The notes: generated from the sequence alone by a model not told the origin. A DNA stretch of 64,000 nt from Macrostomum lignano (GCA_002269645.1 NIVC01000753.1:124001-188000); one strand, 5' to 3'. Positions 25,737 to 38,180 are shown, counted from the stretch's first letter. Made by a program: numbers and translations.

Positions 25737-28700
25737 TCAGCTGGCTCCGCCAGTATCCGTTCCCGTAGCGACTCTGTCGTAGAAGAAATCGTCACTTGAG
25801 TAAAGAGTCTTTGATCGCGTGATCGACAGCAGCCCAGGCTCCAGACTCTGCTGTTGCGGCTGCTGCCGCTGATGTTTCAGCTCCACCTGCTGCTGCTGCG
25901 GCTGCTGTCGTTTAGGTCGACGGCTCGGGCATCGGTAGGAGAAATCCGGCTGGCCGGCGCTTCTGGGTCTCCAGCGCGACGTTCGTCCATTCTGATGCAC
26001 CTTCATCGGCGCCGCCGTCGCCGAATCTTCGTTCTGCTGCCACCAGCGCGGCGGACAGCAGGACACCGTGGCAGTCTTGCCTAACAGGACCAGGACTGCT
26101 AGAAATTCGCACAGTCCAATCACGGAGACTCCCAGGTACAGTCCCATCAGGCCACCGATGTCGGAGAGCAGCTGGGAGGCTGGGAATTCGGGCTCCTCAA
26201 CAATCATGTCGCCTTTGTCCTTGGCGGCCACCAGGATGAGGTTACTGATCTCTAGGCGGACTTGGCGCAGCACGCTGGCCATGCTCATGTTCTCGCTGCT
26301 TTTGGTGGGGCTGTCCGATGAGAGAGTGGCATGCGGGTGAATATATGCGATGGCGCAATTGTAAATTGGCGCAGACTGAACCCTTTTAATGGTGAAATAG
26401 CGGCCCCTAATAAAATCTAAGGAGTTTGACTGCTTGCATGTAAATTCCTATTGCCCAAAAATAAACAAAATCGCCGCAAAGTTTCTGATGAAGATTTCAA
26501 ATTTCCTGTGTTGAGGAATCAGTGTTCTGGTTAAGTAACTCTTTTAAAGAACCGCCAATTAAAAGGTTCTTAATCATGTTTGTGAAAAAAAAGCAAAAAT
26601 ATGTGTTGGTCTGGAGGTTAAGCATGCTTTTATTTCTCAAATAAAGATAGTACATTGTATTTTTAATTATTTTAAACGCATCCAAAAATTAAGTGAATAA
26701 GCAACACCTTTTACAAAACAAGGGATTAGCAGTGAGTGTATCAGGACGCTACACAGATTCGCAGAAAAAATTTGAAGGCCGATTTTCAGATATTGGTTCT
26801 GACTCTTCAGAAGTATGTATAGAGATAATCTTTGTCCAATAGGTGTGTCATAATGAGTAAAATACTTCAGGAGACTTTTATTTTGTGTGGGTCATTCTCG
26901 TCGCCCTACTACGAATGATTCCTGTAGTTGTACAGCAGCTATACTTTTACAGTAGCGTAGTTTAAGTATACTTTTGCACACTGCTGACTCATTTAGAATC
27001 AATGATAATCCTCTTGCAGCCTTGGAAAGACCAGTTGAGAATTAAGAAAAAATATTCCAGGACAACAAATAAATAGGTGGAATTCGATAGACGGATCAAT
27101 GCACAAGACTTTAAGTAACTTGGTTTAGTGCTTCTCCGTTGCAATTGGAAAATTGTAATTAGCCTCAAAAGAGTTAAAGGTCGAAAACACTCTTATAATG
27201 CATCACTCGTCTCGTCCTGTACGAACATCGATATGAAGAAATCGGCCTTCAAAATTTTTTTTCACGAATCACGAATGTAGCGTCCTGATGTACTGCTAGT
27301 GATCCTAAATATAATACCAATAATTACTTCATTCTATGATTCTATGATGCTTAAAACGAGCTTTAACTTAAAAAGTAAAAACCACATGATCTAAAATTTC
27401 ATTTGCAAGTACCGGAGACTTATCAAAAAGTAACTTCCGTTTCCCAAGTCCGGCATTCTAAAAAAAGAACCGAAAAAACGTGCCGCTTTAACAAAAGTAA
27501 CTTCCGGTACTAAATGTGCCGGAAGCGCCGGAACTTTGCCCAACACTGCAAATTTCAGATTTCTAGTCTCTTCTTCTGAACTTCAGGGTTGCAAATAAAG
27601 TCTCGATGTCCGTAGCAGTTAAGGAATTTTTAACTAGAGGTTACTGGGGATAGTTTTTATATTTTTTGTAGCCTACAAGTAGCAAGCATAAATTCGGGTT
27701 GTTACTTTTTTCGAACTTCAACGCTAAGCTATGGCGCTTTTTATATTCGTTTGTCTGTGCTGGCTGCCTGCCCTTCTATTACATGTATATGTTTTATTAG
27801 ATGAAGATATAACTTTTACAGGGCTAAATAAGAGTAAGAGTATTAGTAAGATACTCTTACTCTTATTACTCTTAAGAGTAAGAGTAAGAGTAAGAGAGAT
27901 TAAGAGTAAATTGTCCAACAAACATGCAAGTGTCTACATACAAATGCGCTAATGCCAAATTTTGTCTATGGACTCGCATGCACTCAGGCTGCTTGTTCAG
28001 CTGATCCAGTCCAGTTCACATTCAATCCATATCGCAAGTATAGAGTTGCCGATGCAGATGCCACACTCGCCCATTTGCCTGATTGAGGGCTTAATCAAAT
28101 CAGAATAACAACAAGTCCGACTAAAACCGGGAAAGGGACTAAATACGGCGAAGAATTCAAGTATATGCCGGGCTCTCTGTGCTAACACTCAGTTCTTTCT
28201 CTGTGTTTTTTCCGCTTGACTGACACCTCGGCGAACTGCTTGCTTTGACAAGGCCTTAACACCCGCCACTTACTTCGCATAAGGAATTTTTGCTTCAACC
28301 CCCGCCCTCACCCGCTCTATCGGGAGTGAGGGGAGGATTATCCTCACTCTAGGGATGCCTGGAAATGGGATAACGTTGCGAAAATTTCTACGAGGCTTCG
28401 GCGCTGAGGCCGGCGTTTCTAGGAAATGCAGTTAATAAATTCGAAGTGCCAGGGAATACCATATAGTGTCCGCGTCTGTCAACTTGGGGCTTCTGCAACC
28501 ACTAGGATTCCATATTAGTTACTATTAAAGCACTGATTCTCCCTCCAATCAATTAACTCCGTCTCATTGCATCCCTATCCTAATCCTCGACGTAATACTC
28601 ACTCTCTTTCCCATCCTCAGCCTCATCCTCGTCCCCATTCTCATTCTGATTCTCATTCTGATTCTCATCCCCATCCTCATCCCCATCCTCATCCCCATCC

Positions 28701-29369
28701 TCATCCCCATCCTTATCCTTATCCTCATCCTCATCCTCATTCTCATTCCCATCCCAGCGCAGAGATATATGAACTCCTGACTGACTCACCAGAGTAGCCA
28801 TCGATCAGAGCTCATACATTAAAACATGTCTCCCTACAAAGTCCCTCCCGGACCGAAGTACGTGTGATTTCTCACTACCCAGTGACAGAACGCAGCAAAA
28901 TATCCCGCTAAGATTTCCCCAAGAGCTTCACTCTCATTTTTCACTCCTTCACTTCCTTCCGCTCCATCTGCGCTCTGCTTTAACGCACCGTCTATTTTTC
29001 TTCTTTCACAAATAGAAAGTGCTGGCAGGGGTCGGGGCTATAATTGAATCCGGGATGAATCCCCTGGAGCTGGGATTCCGCACAACCCGGGAGAAGAAAT
29101 TTCATTAGCCATAATTATAGGATCTTCCATCACCGTCGGGGCACCGACACAGTCTCTCCTGGTCGCCCCTGTTGCATCCGCTTTATTTTACATTGGAGGG
29201 GCCGCCGATACTTCACAGTATTATATGGTATGGATACTAAAATTTTGCCAAGAGAAACTAGAACGCATTATTGTTCAAGCCATAGTAACATTGGGAAAAC
29301 GCGTCTATCAAGCTTACTGAAGCAGTAAATAGTTTCCCTGCTGGCGCTGCGTGAGCCCTATCAGCAAGG

Positions 29370-29427
<58 letters not shown>

Positions 29428-32400
29428 ATGTGTCATTATTATTTTTTTGCGTTGTGGTCGTTGTTGCTGTTGTTGACTGCAGCTTTGGCTCAGACTATCT
29501 GAACCCAGCGTCAATCCCCCGTCATCAACAGAGAGAGCCGAATACCGAGGGCTAGACTGAGCCACACACCGCATCTGAATCAGGGACGGTGTCCGATTCA
29601 CGGCGCTCTTCGCCGCCCCAAAAGAGACGTCGCCTCTCCCCCCCCACTACAAAGACAAAGGATTGGGCCTACCGGTTGCCCAAGAGGCTAGGACAAAATC
29701 ACAGGGGTGTTGTTTTGGTTGTTATTCTTGTTGTTTTTGTAGCCGTTGCTGCTTTTTTGGCTATTATTACTATTATTATTGTTGCTGTTAATGCTGTTTC
29801 CGTTGTTGTTACGATTTTTATTATTATTGTTGTTGCTGTCGTTATTTTTGTTAGTGGTGGTATTGCTGTTCTTGTTATAAAGCATTCATAAACCGGTTCA
29901 ACGTTTCCGTAACCCCTGTAGAGTACGCTCGTAATACTTGATACTTCCTGTCTACATTACAAAGAATACCGTAAAGCTCAAGGTTCAGTGGAAACCAGCT
30001 TACTCAATGTCACTCAGAGCGGCCCTGATGAAGGCCAGCCGGGCCGGGTTGGCGGTCTCCGCCCACATCTCTCTGTAGAGCTCGCGCTGCTTCTCCGGCT
30101 CCCAGGACAGCGAGTCGCAGCGCTTTCTGCGCAGATCGGCGCACTCTTTGCGCAGCAGCCCGCGGAACTGCGACCTGAAAGAAGGCAGCGAATTGCTGTT
30201 TGGGCAGCTGGCAATGATCTCGAGTGGCTGGGTAGGCGCTAAGGCACCAGGGCACAAGGGCACTAGGACACTAAGACAAGTAGTAGGAAAGTGGTCCCCT
30301 CCACCGCCATCGCACGGGATTGGCAGGGGCACCTGGCCAATGAGGGGGGACGCCCCCCCCCCAAAGACGCCCACCCCGACCCCAAACCCACCACCGCCAC
30401 GCACTCACCCCCGACCCCAAACCGGGCCCCCAAAGACGCCCGCCCCGACCCCAAACCGGGCCCCCCAAAGACGCCCACCAAGAAACCAAACCCACCACCG
30501 CCACGCACCCACCCCCGACCCCAAACCGGCCCCCCAAAGACGCCCACCAAAAAACCAAACCCACCACCGCCACGCATCCACCCCCGACCCCAAACCGGGC
30601 CCCCCAAAGACGCCCACCAAGAAACCAAACCCACCACCGCCACGCACCCACCCCCGACCCCAAACCGGCCCCCTCCTGTCCTGCACCCCATCCCAAACCA
30701 AGGCCCCTTCCTGTCCTGCACCCCATCCCATACCAAGGCCCCTTCCTGTCCAGCACCTCGTGCATCCCATACCAATGAATGGCTGGTCAATCAGCGAGGG
30801 GGAGTCAATCAGCGATGAGGAGGCCCCGGAGGCGGGGCGGGGCAGGCCGGAGGTAGGGATCGAGCAGGCCAACGGTGGGGTCGGGCAGGCCGGTCGAGCA
30901 GGCCAGATGAGGGATCGGGCAGCTGAGTGTCTGGGTGAGAGACTTGATTTCCCCCACTCGATACTGCCCGCTCTTCATCACCACTGCCAGTGTTCGAGGA
31001 TGAAACAGACGATGGATTGTGTGATACTGAGGCAGATGAAGAGTCAGGAAATTCGCTACTTGTGGCAGACCCACCCGGGTCGCCAGATCGGCTCCTGTCA
31101 CGATGTTTGTCACGCGAATTGTTGCGATCATCTTTAGACAATCGAGAGAAACGCCAGTGCCTGCTGTAGATCGCTACTTTTATAGACCCGTAGCCGCGAG
31201 GCCGCAGCCAATCAGCGTACAGCGCCACCTTGGCCAGGGCGCAGGGTAGCACGTACTTTGAGGCACTCGGAAAGGCCAGGTGTGCTAGGTCGTAGACAGG
31301 CTGCAGCAGCAGACGCGACAGGAACTGGCACTTGACATCCCCTTTGCTGAATACTCCTGTCCCAGTCTAGACCGTGCCGCTTATTGGTGAGCCAGTAGCA
31401 GGTTTGTCGCTGTCCTCTATCAAAGAGCTCAAAACTGTGCGGCGGCCGGTAGCAATAGTAATGAGCCGTCGTTTGACCACATGCAAACTCAACCCACGCA
31501 AATACCTTAATCACAAAAGTCCTCTGTTTTGTAGAGGTGCGGAAATCCTTCAAAATCAATGAAAATCATTTTGGCCACTTGATTCACTTGCCGTATCCTT
31601 TCTGAGACTGAGTCTTCTTATAGTCTTGCAGTCGAGGTTTTTTAGGACTATACTTTTTTCCCGAGGCTTTTCCAGCAATTTTTTCATATTCAAATCAGCA
31701 GCAGACAGAGGTACATGGTTTTCTTGAAGACACGTAACAAACTCATTAATCCCATTCGGTGGCTGAAGGTACTTAGAGTACGTATCTTTAACTATGAAAT
31801 GCAGCAGGTCCACGATCTTTGAGTTGTACAACGGTTTACCATTGACAGAAACTTCATATGTATCATCTATGCTAATCGACTTGCACTTTACGGTTATGAA
31901 GCTAATCAATGCCTGCAGGCGATGATGCCATTTCTGATTCACCGTCAGATAAAACACCTTCCACTGCGGTTCTTTGTGAATTACTGGAGACTGTTCTTGG
32001 GTCGCACTTGCCTGCAGCTGCTGCAAACAACGCTGGTCTCTAATCTTGCGCAACTGTTTTCCGCCTCTAGCTCGGGTTCACAGACTCTCTCCATGCCCCT
32101 CTGATTCACAAGTGCCTCATACTGCAACCGGGGCACCAGTATTATTTCCTTGTAAATGTCTTTTTATACAGGTGAGAATCAGAGGAAGACAACGAAGAAT
32201 ATGCGGGTGTGAGAGATTGCGCCGAGCCTCTTTCGCACTTTTGCTTTGTGCAACAAGCCGGAGATTATTTCGATATCGCCTGAGTCTCCGTTTCAAGCTA
32301 TCTTCACAGCAAACTTTTCCTGCTAGTAAGTTGATAATACACTCGACCAAAAAGCAAATGGTGCTTTTATTTGCATAGGTAAGTATGCAGCGACGCAAGG

Positions 32401-35271
32401 ATATAATGCCCTCACAAAAGACAGTTATTAGTGCAATGTGTTTTTCCATGTTTAACTCAGTGGAGGGGGCCACTTTCCTATCACTAAGACACTAGGGCAC
32501 TAGGGCACTAGGACACTAAGACATCTGGACACTAGGACACTAAGACACTAAGACACTAGGGCACTAAGACACTAGGGCACCAAGACACTAAGACACTAAG
32601 ATACTAAGGCAGACCACATGAAAAAAACCACATGTATTACTTTAACCAACGCATCACAATTTCATTATATCCAAATCAAGTGCTTCACGCTCGCATGTCA
32701 CTAAATTTGCATCAACAGATTATCCCGTCATTTCATCCGACTAATTCGATCGCGACAATCCAACGCAGTCCAAAGGCCTACTAGCATTATTGGACATTGA
32801 ATTGGACGAGTTAGATCTGAGCTCTGATGCTCAAAACTGTTCATTTTCTCTGATCCAGGCGGCTCCTCCCCGCTAATGCTCTTCCACTCTGCTCTTCGCC
32901 TTGTTCGCCCCTGATCCCAGCATATCAAAGTGTCACCCTGTCCTAGTGGAGGCGTGTCCTAGCATAGCCGCCTGTCACTCAAAACCCGCAGCGAGGGCAC
33001 TATACTACTCGCCCGAGGGTGAGGGGCTAAGGATCCCGGCTCTCTCCTTCTCTTCCTCCAGTCCCAGTAGCCTTCTAAATTATCCTCGGAATACTTTCCG
33101 AGGCCGGGTCCTGTCAAAGATAATTGCGCTCGGGCATATCGAGTTGCCTTGGAAGCCAAACTGGACGGGAGAGGGGGAAATGTTTGCTCGGATGTGCGGT
33201 GCCATTTCTGCATGATTAGGATTTTGATCGGAAGGAGTGTTCTTCTCTTTCTCAGCAGAGCAGCGGCTCACGCAATGCCCGCCCATATTCGATTAAAAAT
33301 CGCAGTTTGCTCATGCGCAAAACGTAATGCTGGGGTCCTTGAGGCCTGCGTGCTCAACTTTTATTTTCAAAGAGAGAAAAAAGCAGAACTCCCAAGTAAA
33401 TATTCAGTCTGCAACTCCGGCAGTGAATAGTCAATCCAGGTCGACTGTGCAGTGGTTGAGTATTGAGAACACGCCTCTGAGCGAGTCCTGTCTATTCCGC
33501 GGCGCATTCCAGCTTGTTTCACTGCTGTTTGGCATAATTATAATTCTTCCTCTGCCGTTAGAGAGGGGCATTCGGAGCAGACAGAGTTGACTCTGGCCCC
33601 AGTCCTTGTCCTGATTATCGTCCTCCAGAACTTTCTGTTCCCTCTCTTTATTGTTAGTGTCGCCAAAATCTGTGGGGTTACTGGGCTGACTAGGGCTTCG
33701 ATTCTAATCTAGATTTTGTCCAACACTCATTAAGGCGGATACCTCTTCAGAACTTGGTCATTGCATTGTATACCATAAGTCTACTACTTGTCGTTCGTTG
33801 CTCAATAAGCAAAGCTCTGCACTCTGCACTCTCTATGCAAGTAGCTTTGGATGCAGTTGGATTTTCCTGTCATTCAACTTCATCAATCTAAACGTTTGCC
33901 GACTCGAAACTTCACCAAATCGAAACTTTACCAACCCGAAACCACACCTCACTCATATCACCAACCCGAAACTTTACCAACTGAAATTTTCATCAACCCA
34001 AAAAATCTTACTCGATGAAAAAAAAATTATTATAATTCAGAAACCATTCAGTTGTTAAGCTTGTTGAAAACTCAAAAAACCAGAGCTCACTCGTCTCTAT
34101 AGCGCACCGCAGTCTTGTCCAAGCATTCCAAGTTTTCCGCCAACTGCTCGAGTCCGTAGACGCTCAGGTTGAAGCAGAGCACAGGCGGCCTGTCGTCCAA
34201 CTTAGGCACAATCAGGTGCGGATTAAAGCAGCGGCAATTCTCGTAGAATAACCGCTGCGACAGCAGCTGATGGCAGTGAAAGTAGCTGAGGTTGTACGGC
34301 CTGGCGAGGCGCAAGTCGTAGTCGTATATATAAGCCGTTTTCTCTGTCTCTCGGCAGTCGCTCTTCTGCGGTATGAGCCGGCGTCTCTTCTGGTCGAGCA
34401 GGATTGTGGTTGTCACTCCGGGCGGCGTTTCAATCATTTCACCTTCCTCTGGCAGAGTATTTGGCAGGTGAATGTAAACCCGGCCGCCGAATTGATAATT
34501 GGAAGAGTTAAAGCGCACGTAGGTTAAATGGTTGCCCCTGAGGAAGAACTGAAGCGACTCAATGGCGTTGACATTCTTCTTGAAGATGAAGTCGTTCAGC
34601 TTGAGAGTGTAACAGGCGCAACGGTAACGCAGCGAGATGCTGTTGCTGTGAAAGTACGGAGCATAGTCCTCAAATATTTCGCACATGGAGTCCATGTTTA
34701 TCTCAGTCTGAATCAATTCTTTCTGTTGGCAGAACGCCAAGTTGGAGATTACTCTCCGCACCTCATCGGCCTGGAAAACGTGACTGTCGATGGTAGACAG
34801 GGTGATGGACCGCACCAGGACGTTAAGGGCTTCATTTAAAAGCGAATTGTTGTGAAATTTGTCCATCAGGCTGCTCAGATTTTGCACTCGAGTATCAGAG
34901 CTCAACCAGTTGGTGAAGTTGCGGAACTGCTCAAACGCGGTATCATTATCTAGCGAGATTGGCGAGTTATCGCAGAACGTGATGTCTGGCCAAGTGAAGT
35001 TTTCCTCATTTGAGTAGTAGGCTGTGAGCACAGGGAACTGGTTGTAGCGCTGCACAACGGAGATCAGATTGCCGACAAAGGAAGTGACTCCGAGCACTAC
35101 CAGGATCAGCCAGAAAAGCTGCTCGTAGCGGTTGGACGAGCTGGCTGAATGCGATATGCCGTGCACTGTAGAGCGGGACAACAGAGCCACCAACTGGGAG
35201 CGAAGTGCGATGCGTCGCCGCAAAGTCGGGCTCTGCTGACTGGAGGAGTTCGGCACTGCATCTGTGTCCAT
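25737..35271 (-). CDS. DEG/ENaC (amiloride-sensitive channel) family subunit; exons 35271-34091, 30174-30004, unresolved exon(s), 26375-25737
   Basis: N-terminal STVHG (HG motif), TM1 FWLILVVLGV, WPDITFC, Cys-rich domain, TM2 LLSDIGGLMGLYLGVSV with GxS filter; exon 1 donor GA|GTGAGC and exon 2 acceptor ttcag|G are both phase 2. Confidence 0.85.
27420..27550. mobile_element. End fragment of a hAT-type element related to 42433-43273
   Basis: Ends in ...gcccaacactg with subterminal aaaagtaacttcc motifs; partner end not found. Confidence 0.5.
27820..27906. repeat. (TAAGAG)n / (CTCTTA)n microsatellite in inverted arrangement
   Basis: aagagtaagagt...actcttactctt...aagagtaagagt. Confidence 0.8.
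28565..28752. repeat. Hexamer microsatellite (catcct/catccc/cattct)
   Basis: Direct reading; the HP/MR/DE ORFs are artefacts. Confidence 0.9.
29369..29427. repeat. (GTT)n microsatellite
   Basis: Direct reading. Confidence 0.95.
30360..30670. repeat. ~69-70-bp C-rich tandem repeat inside the mini-Maverick left end
   Basis: caaagacgcccacc... units at 30466, 30535 and 30605. Confidence 0.9.
31150..31559 (-). pseudogene. Polinton-associated DEDD-exonuclease-like protein, deleted and frameshifted
   Basis: FVIKVFAW...HYYCYRPPHSF...CYWLTNKRHGLDWD, then in another frame VFSKGDVKCQFLSRLL..VYDL...CALAKVALYADW; resembles from memory a conserved Polinton accessory ORF. Confidence 0.55.
31556..32094 (-). 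pseudogene. Conserved Polinton hypothetical protein, 5' frameshift likely
   Basis: EVSVNGKPLYNSKIVDLLHF...PPNGINEFVTCLQENHVP matches the recalled Polinton pattern G.I..S.IVDLL...P.G..EF...L....VP; the nearest ATG (32094) is out of frame. Confidence 0.65.
32117..32449 (-). CDS. Polinton small basic (putative virion core-like) protein, ~110 aa
   Basis: RRCILTYANKSTICFLVECIINLLAGKV...KRRLRRYRNNLRLVA resembles the conserved Polinton ORF (ECxxNxLxGxV...KxxLRxYxxxLR). Confidence 0.7.
   Translation of the reverse strand: MEKHIALITVFCEGIISLRRCILTYANKSTICFLVECIINLLAGKVCCEDSLKRRLRRYRNNLRLVAQSKSAKEARRNLSHPHILRCLPLILTCIKRHLQGNNTGAPVAV
32486..32612. repeat. 9-bp minisatellite (gacactaag/gggcactag), split by the mini-Maverick (left remnant 30245-30278)
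   Basis: The same units lie on both sides of the element. Confidence 0.85.
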
Positions 35272-36249
35272 ATCGCCACCAGTGGCCGAAGGCTCGATTG
35301 GTTGAAGCTACGCCGAGTGTCCGGTCGGAGAATTAATACAAAAGCATCGAGAAAGGAAAGTGAGGAAATACTTAGCGGGTGGGGATTGGTTTTTGCGGAA
35401 ATTCTGACAAAATTTGGAGAGCCGATTCTATTGGCTGTCGGAGAAACTTTCACTGCGCTGGATCTGGGAACACTTTGTATTAGGCATTAAGCCTAGCTCG
35501 CGCTATGCCCTTTTCAGCATGCAATTAGCGGATAAGGCGTCGAAAGGCCATCCTTATTCTTGTTTGAATAAAAAAAACTTCGACCGTAATGTCAATTCCA
35601 ATTCGTCAACGTATTCCATCGTCTGCCTACCGTTTGGGGACTCGTTAAATACTCAGAATTTGGGCTAGTTAATTTAGAATTCCTACCTGTTGGGGCTGGG
35701 CAGTGAATAGGAAACAGCGGTGAATAAGCATGCAGGCCCTGCGATAGTAAATCTATGCATGCTCGTTCCAATAAAGTTGTAGTGAGATCTAGAATGTTGA
35801 ACGTTGAATTTGTAGCAACCGGGGTCGATTCGGGTTCCCAGCCCACGGCCTACTATACGTTTGTACCAGCAGGCATTGTGACGCTCTGCCAATGAGATAC
35901 TGCTACTGACAGGCGTGATGACGCTCTGAGTACGAAATTGCTCGTTCTGGCGAGATGACGCACAGAACTAGCGTTGCTCCCAGAGGTGTTGTGACACTCT
36001 CTGGTGCTTATACGAGCGTACAGTGGTACAGTATAATAGAAGTAAAGTATGGTATCTATAGGGTCCGCTCTCCCGGCGTTATGACGCTCTGGCGAGAACT
36101 CCCTGCAGCCTAACAAGCTTCCCAGAAAAGACTGAACCGGTGGCCGGGTTATCAGATGCGCGTTTAAGCTGGCTTCTGGCTTGCTCTTGCCCTTCTGGGT
36201 CGTTGTCGATTTTTTTGCGGTGTCGTACAACTTGAAACTTTGTTAGAAC

Positions 36250-36698
36250 CACAGATACTAGAATAACTATGGACCACTCAGCACATTTGCGTGCAAGCTA
36301 CTTTCAGTTCAGTAGCAAGTTAAACTGAAGCATTTTAATGTATTTTAAAGCTAAGGCTTCTTTATTGGCTCTTACCCCAGCTTTAAACCTCCAACCGCCC
36401 CTTTCCACACTACCTCCGCCCCGCCCCAGTTTTTATTGCCTTTCTCGGAATTCCAGCCTAAACCAGCCGTGTACATTTCAGTGGACTGGCTAATGTACAT
36501 TATTGCTGAACCAATTAGCCATTTATTTACGCCTGCAAGCTTGGGCTTCTAAACTTATCAAATTCATTTCAGCTGCGGTTATGTTTATAAAATGGCTTAT
36601 GTATTCTTCTTTGCTACTGAACAGAAAGTAGAAATCTGATTTACTAAGTACGAGCTATATATGCCTGAGTGGCCCATCTAGTTATTCTAGTATCTGTG
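36250..36698. mobile_element. MITE with 20-bp perfect TIRs and 8-bp TSD (hAT or P superfamily), 449 bp
   Basis: TIR cacagatactagaataacta / tagttattctagtatctgtg; TSD gttagaac at 36242-36249 and 36699-36706. Confidence 0.92.
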
Positions 36699-38015
36699 GT
36701 TAGAACTAAATTTATTATTACCTAAACAATTTTTTCTCAATGTCGCAGTGCGAAGTGAGCGGGAAAAACCCGGGCGCAAATTAATACGGGTAAATACCAC
36801 TACAGGCCTGGGGGTGGGGGGGAGCCCTACCGGCTAAGCCCGCAAAAATAGAGCACAACAACAAACAAATAGACTGGACGCACTGGCCAGCCAATCAAAA
36901 CCTCGCCTAGGGGGGGGGGGCGCAAAGCCGGCCCGGCCGCAGCCAACCAGCCCTGAGCACGGGGCAGGGCACATGGCGGGGGAGGGGCATGCACAAAGCC
37001 CGGCCGCCAGCCAGACCCTGCTACGCCCGCCAACCCCCCCCCCCAGCCAGCCCCAAAGGGCATCGCGCCCTGCAAACAGACAAGGACGCATGTACTACAT
37101 ACTCAACAGCGATTTCTCGCAGCAGAATTAAACACTGCCAAAACACAACGCAAGAATATTGTTATGCAGAGACGTTTTAGTGCTGTCAATTTGAGCATGA
37201 CAGATCAAAAGTACCCGCAAGCCATAAAAAATCTGGATATCGCAAGATTCATTAGGATTGCAGCTAAAATTGCTGCTTGGCCCGATCGAGAGCGCCCATC
37301 GAGGGTCGATCCCTAAGGCGCAGTATCGCAGTATACAGACATGCATGCCTTACAGCGAGTTAATCTGGGCCGAAATGTTACACACTCCGATTGTGTGGTT
37401 GGGTATGTATCCACAAGGGAGCAGCTATAGCCAACCAGAAATTTCCCAAAGGAAATTGTTTAATATACACCAAACAACAGTCAAAAGTTCCACCCACCAA
37501 GCAAGAATATTTTTATTCACTTTTTACTGTGCATTTTAAATGAAAAAAATTCTCTCTAACTACATGTACGCCTGATTTGTACAGGTGGAACTTTTGACTG
37601 TTGCTGAGTATATTGGCGTCAATATCTATAGAGCGCAGAGACGAAATCCGCCACAGAAGGCAGTTTACATTACGTAGCTCAGCCAACTGGTAGAGGACTC
37701 GTTCAATATTTTCAACCAATTCGGTGTTTTCCGGTATAGATCGTATGCTAAGTTTAAAAATTCGGACGTCCAGAGTTGAAAGCTCGTATATAACAAAGCT
37801 AGGGGTTGGGCCATAGATGACACGCCAATGTCTGACTGAGAAACTCGACTGAGAGACATGCAAGATTCTCGTGTTGTCTATGGCCCAACCACATGTTGTG
37901 AAGAAAAAATGATTGCTTGTGAAAGGAGTTCTATGATTAGGCATTAGGCATTAGACATTCTAGAATTCTAGCATTCTAGCATTTAGGCATTATAGGCATT
38001 ACTATGATTAGGCAT

Positions 38016-38076
38016 TAGACATTCTATCTGCTCAAACCAATTACATGTAAATTGGTTTAAGCAGATAGAATGTCTA
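38016..38076. repeat. 61-bp near-perfect palindrome
   Basis: 27-bp arms tagacattctatctgct(c/t)aaaccaatt, one mismatch, 7-bp loop. Confidence 0.9.
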
Positions 38077-38180
38077 TGGTCAAAACCCATGTTACTTTAC
38101 AGAGAAAAGAGTGTCCTAGACTTGGAGCAAAATTTGTGCTAAATACAAAAAAGTTGTTGTCTCCATGTACCATACATGTA

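Larger units (their letters stand above)
30279..32485 (-). mobile_element. Mini Maverick/Polinton (non-autonomous deletion derivative), 2207 bp
   Basis: Left end AGTAGTAGGAAAGTGGTCCCCTCCAC; right end GTGGAGGGGGCCACTTTCCTATCACT; 6-bp direct repeat AAGACA at 30273-30278 and 32486-32491; three Polinton-type ORFs inside. Confidence 0.75.

Noticed and set aside
29589-29891. + strand ORF with an NLS-like PPQKRRRL as part of the Maverick
   Set aside because: It lies outside the TSD-defined element, and most of its length is a reverse-strand AAC/AAT-type low-complexity tract
35500-37950. Further Polinton or retroelement remnants upstream of ENaC
   Set aside because: Short fragmented ORFs with no recognisable motif beyond a weak FTIAGP; no termini identified
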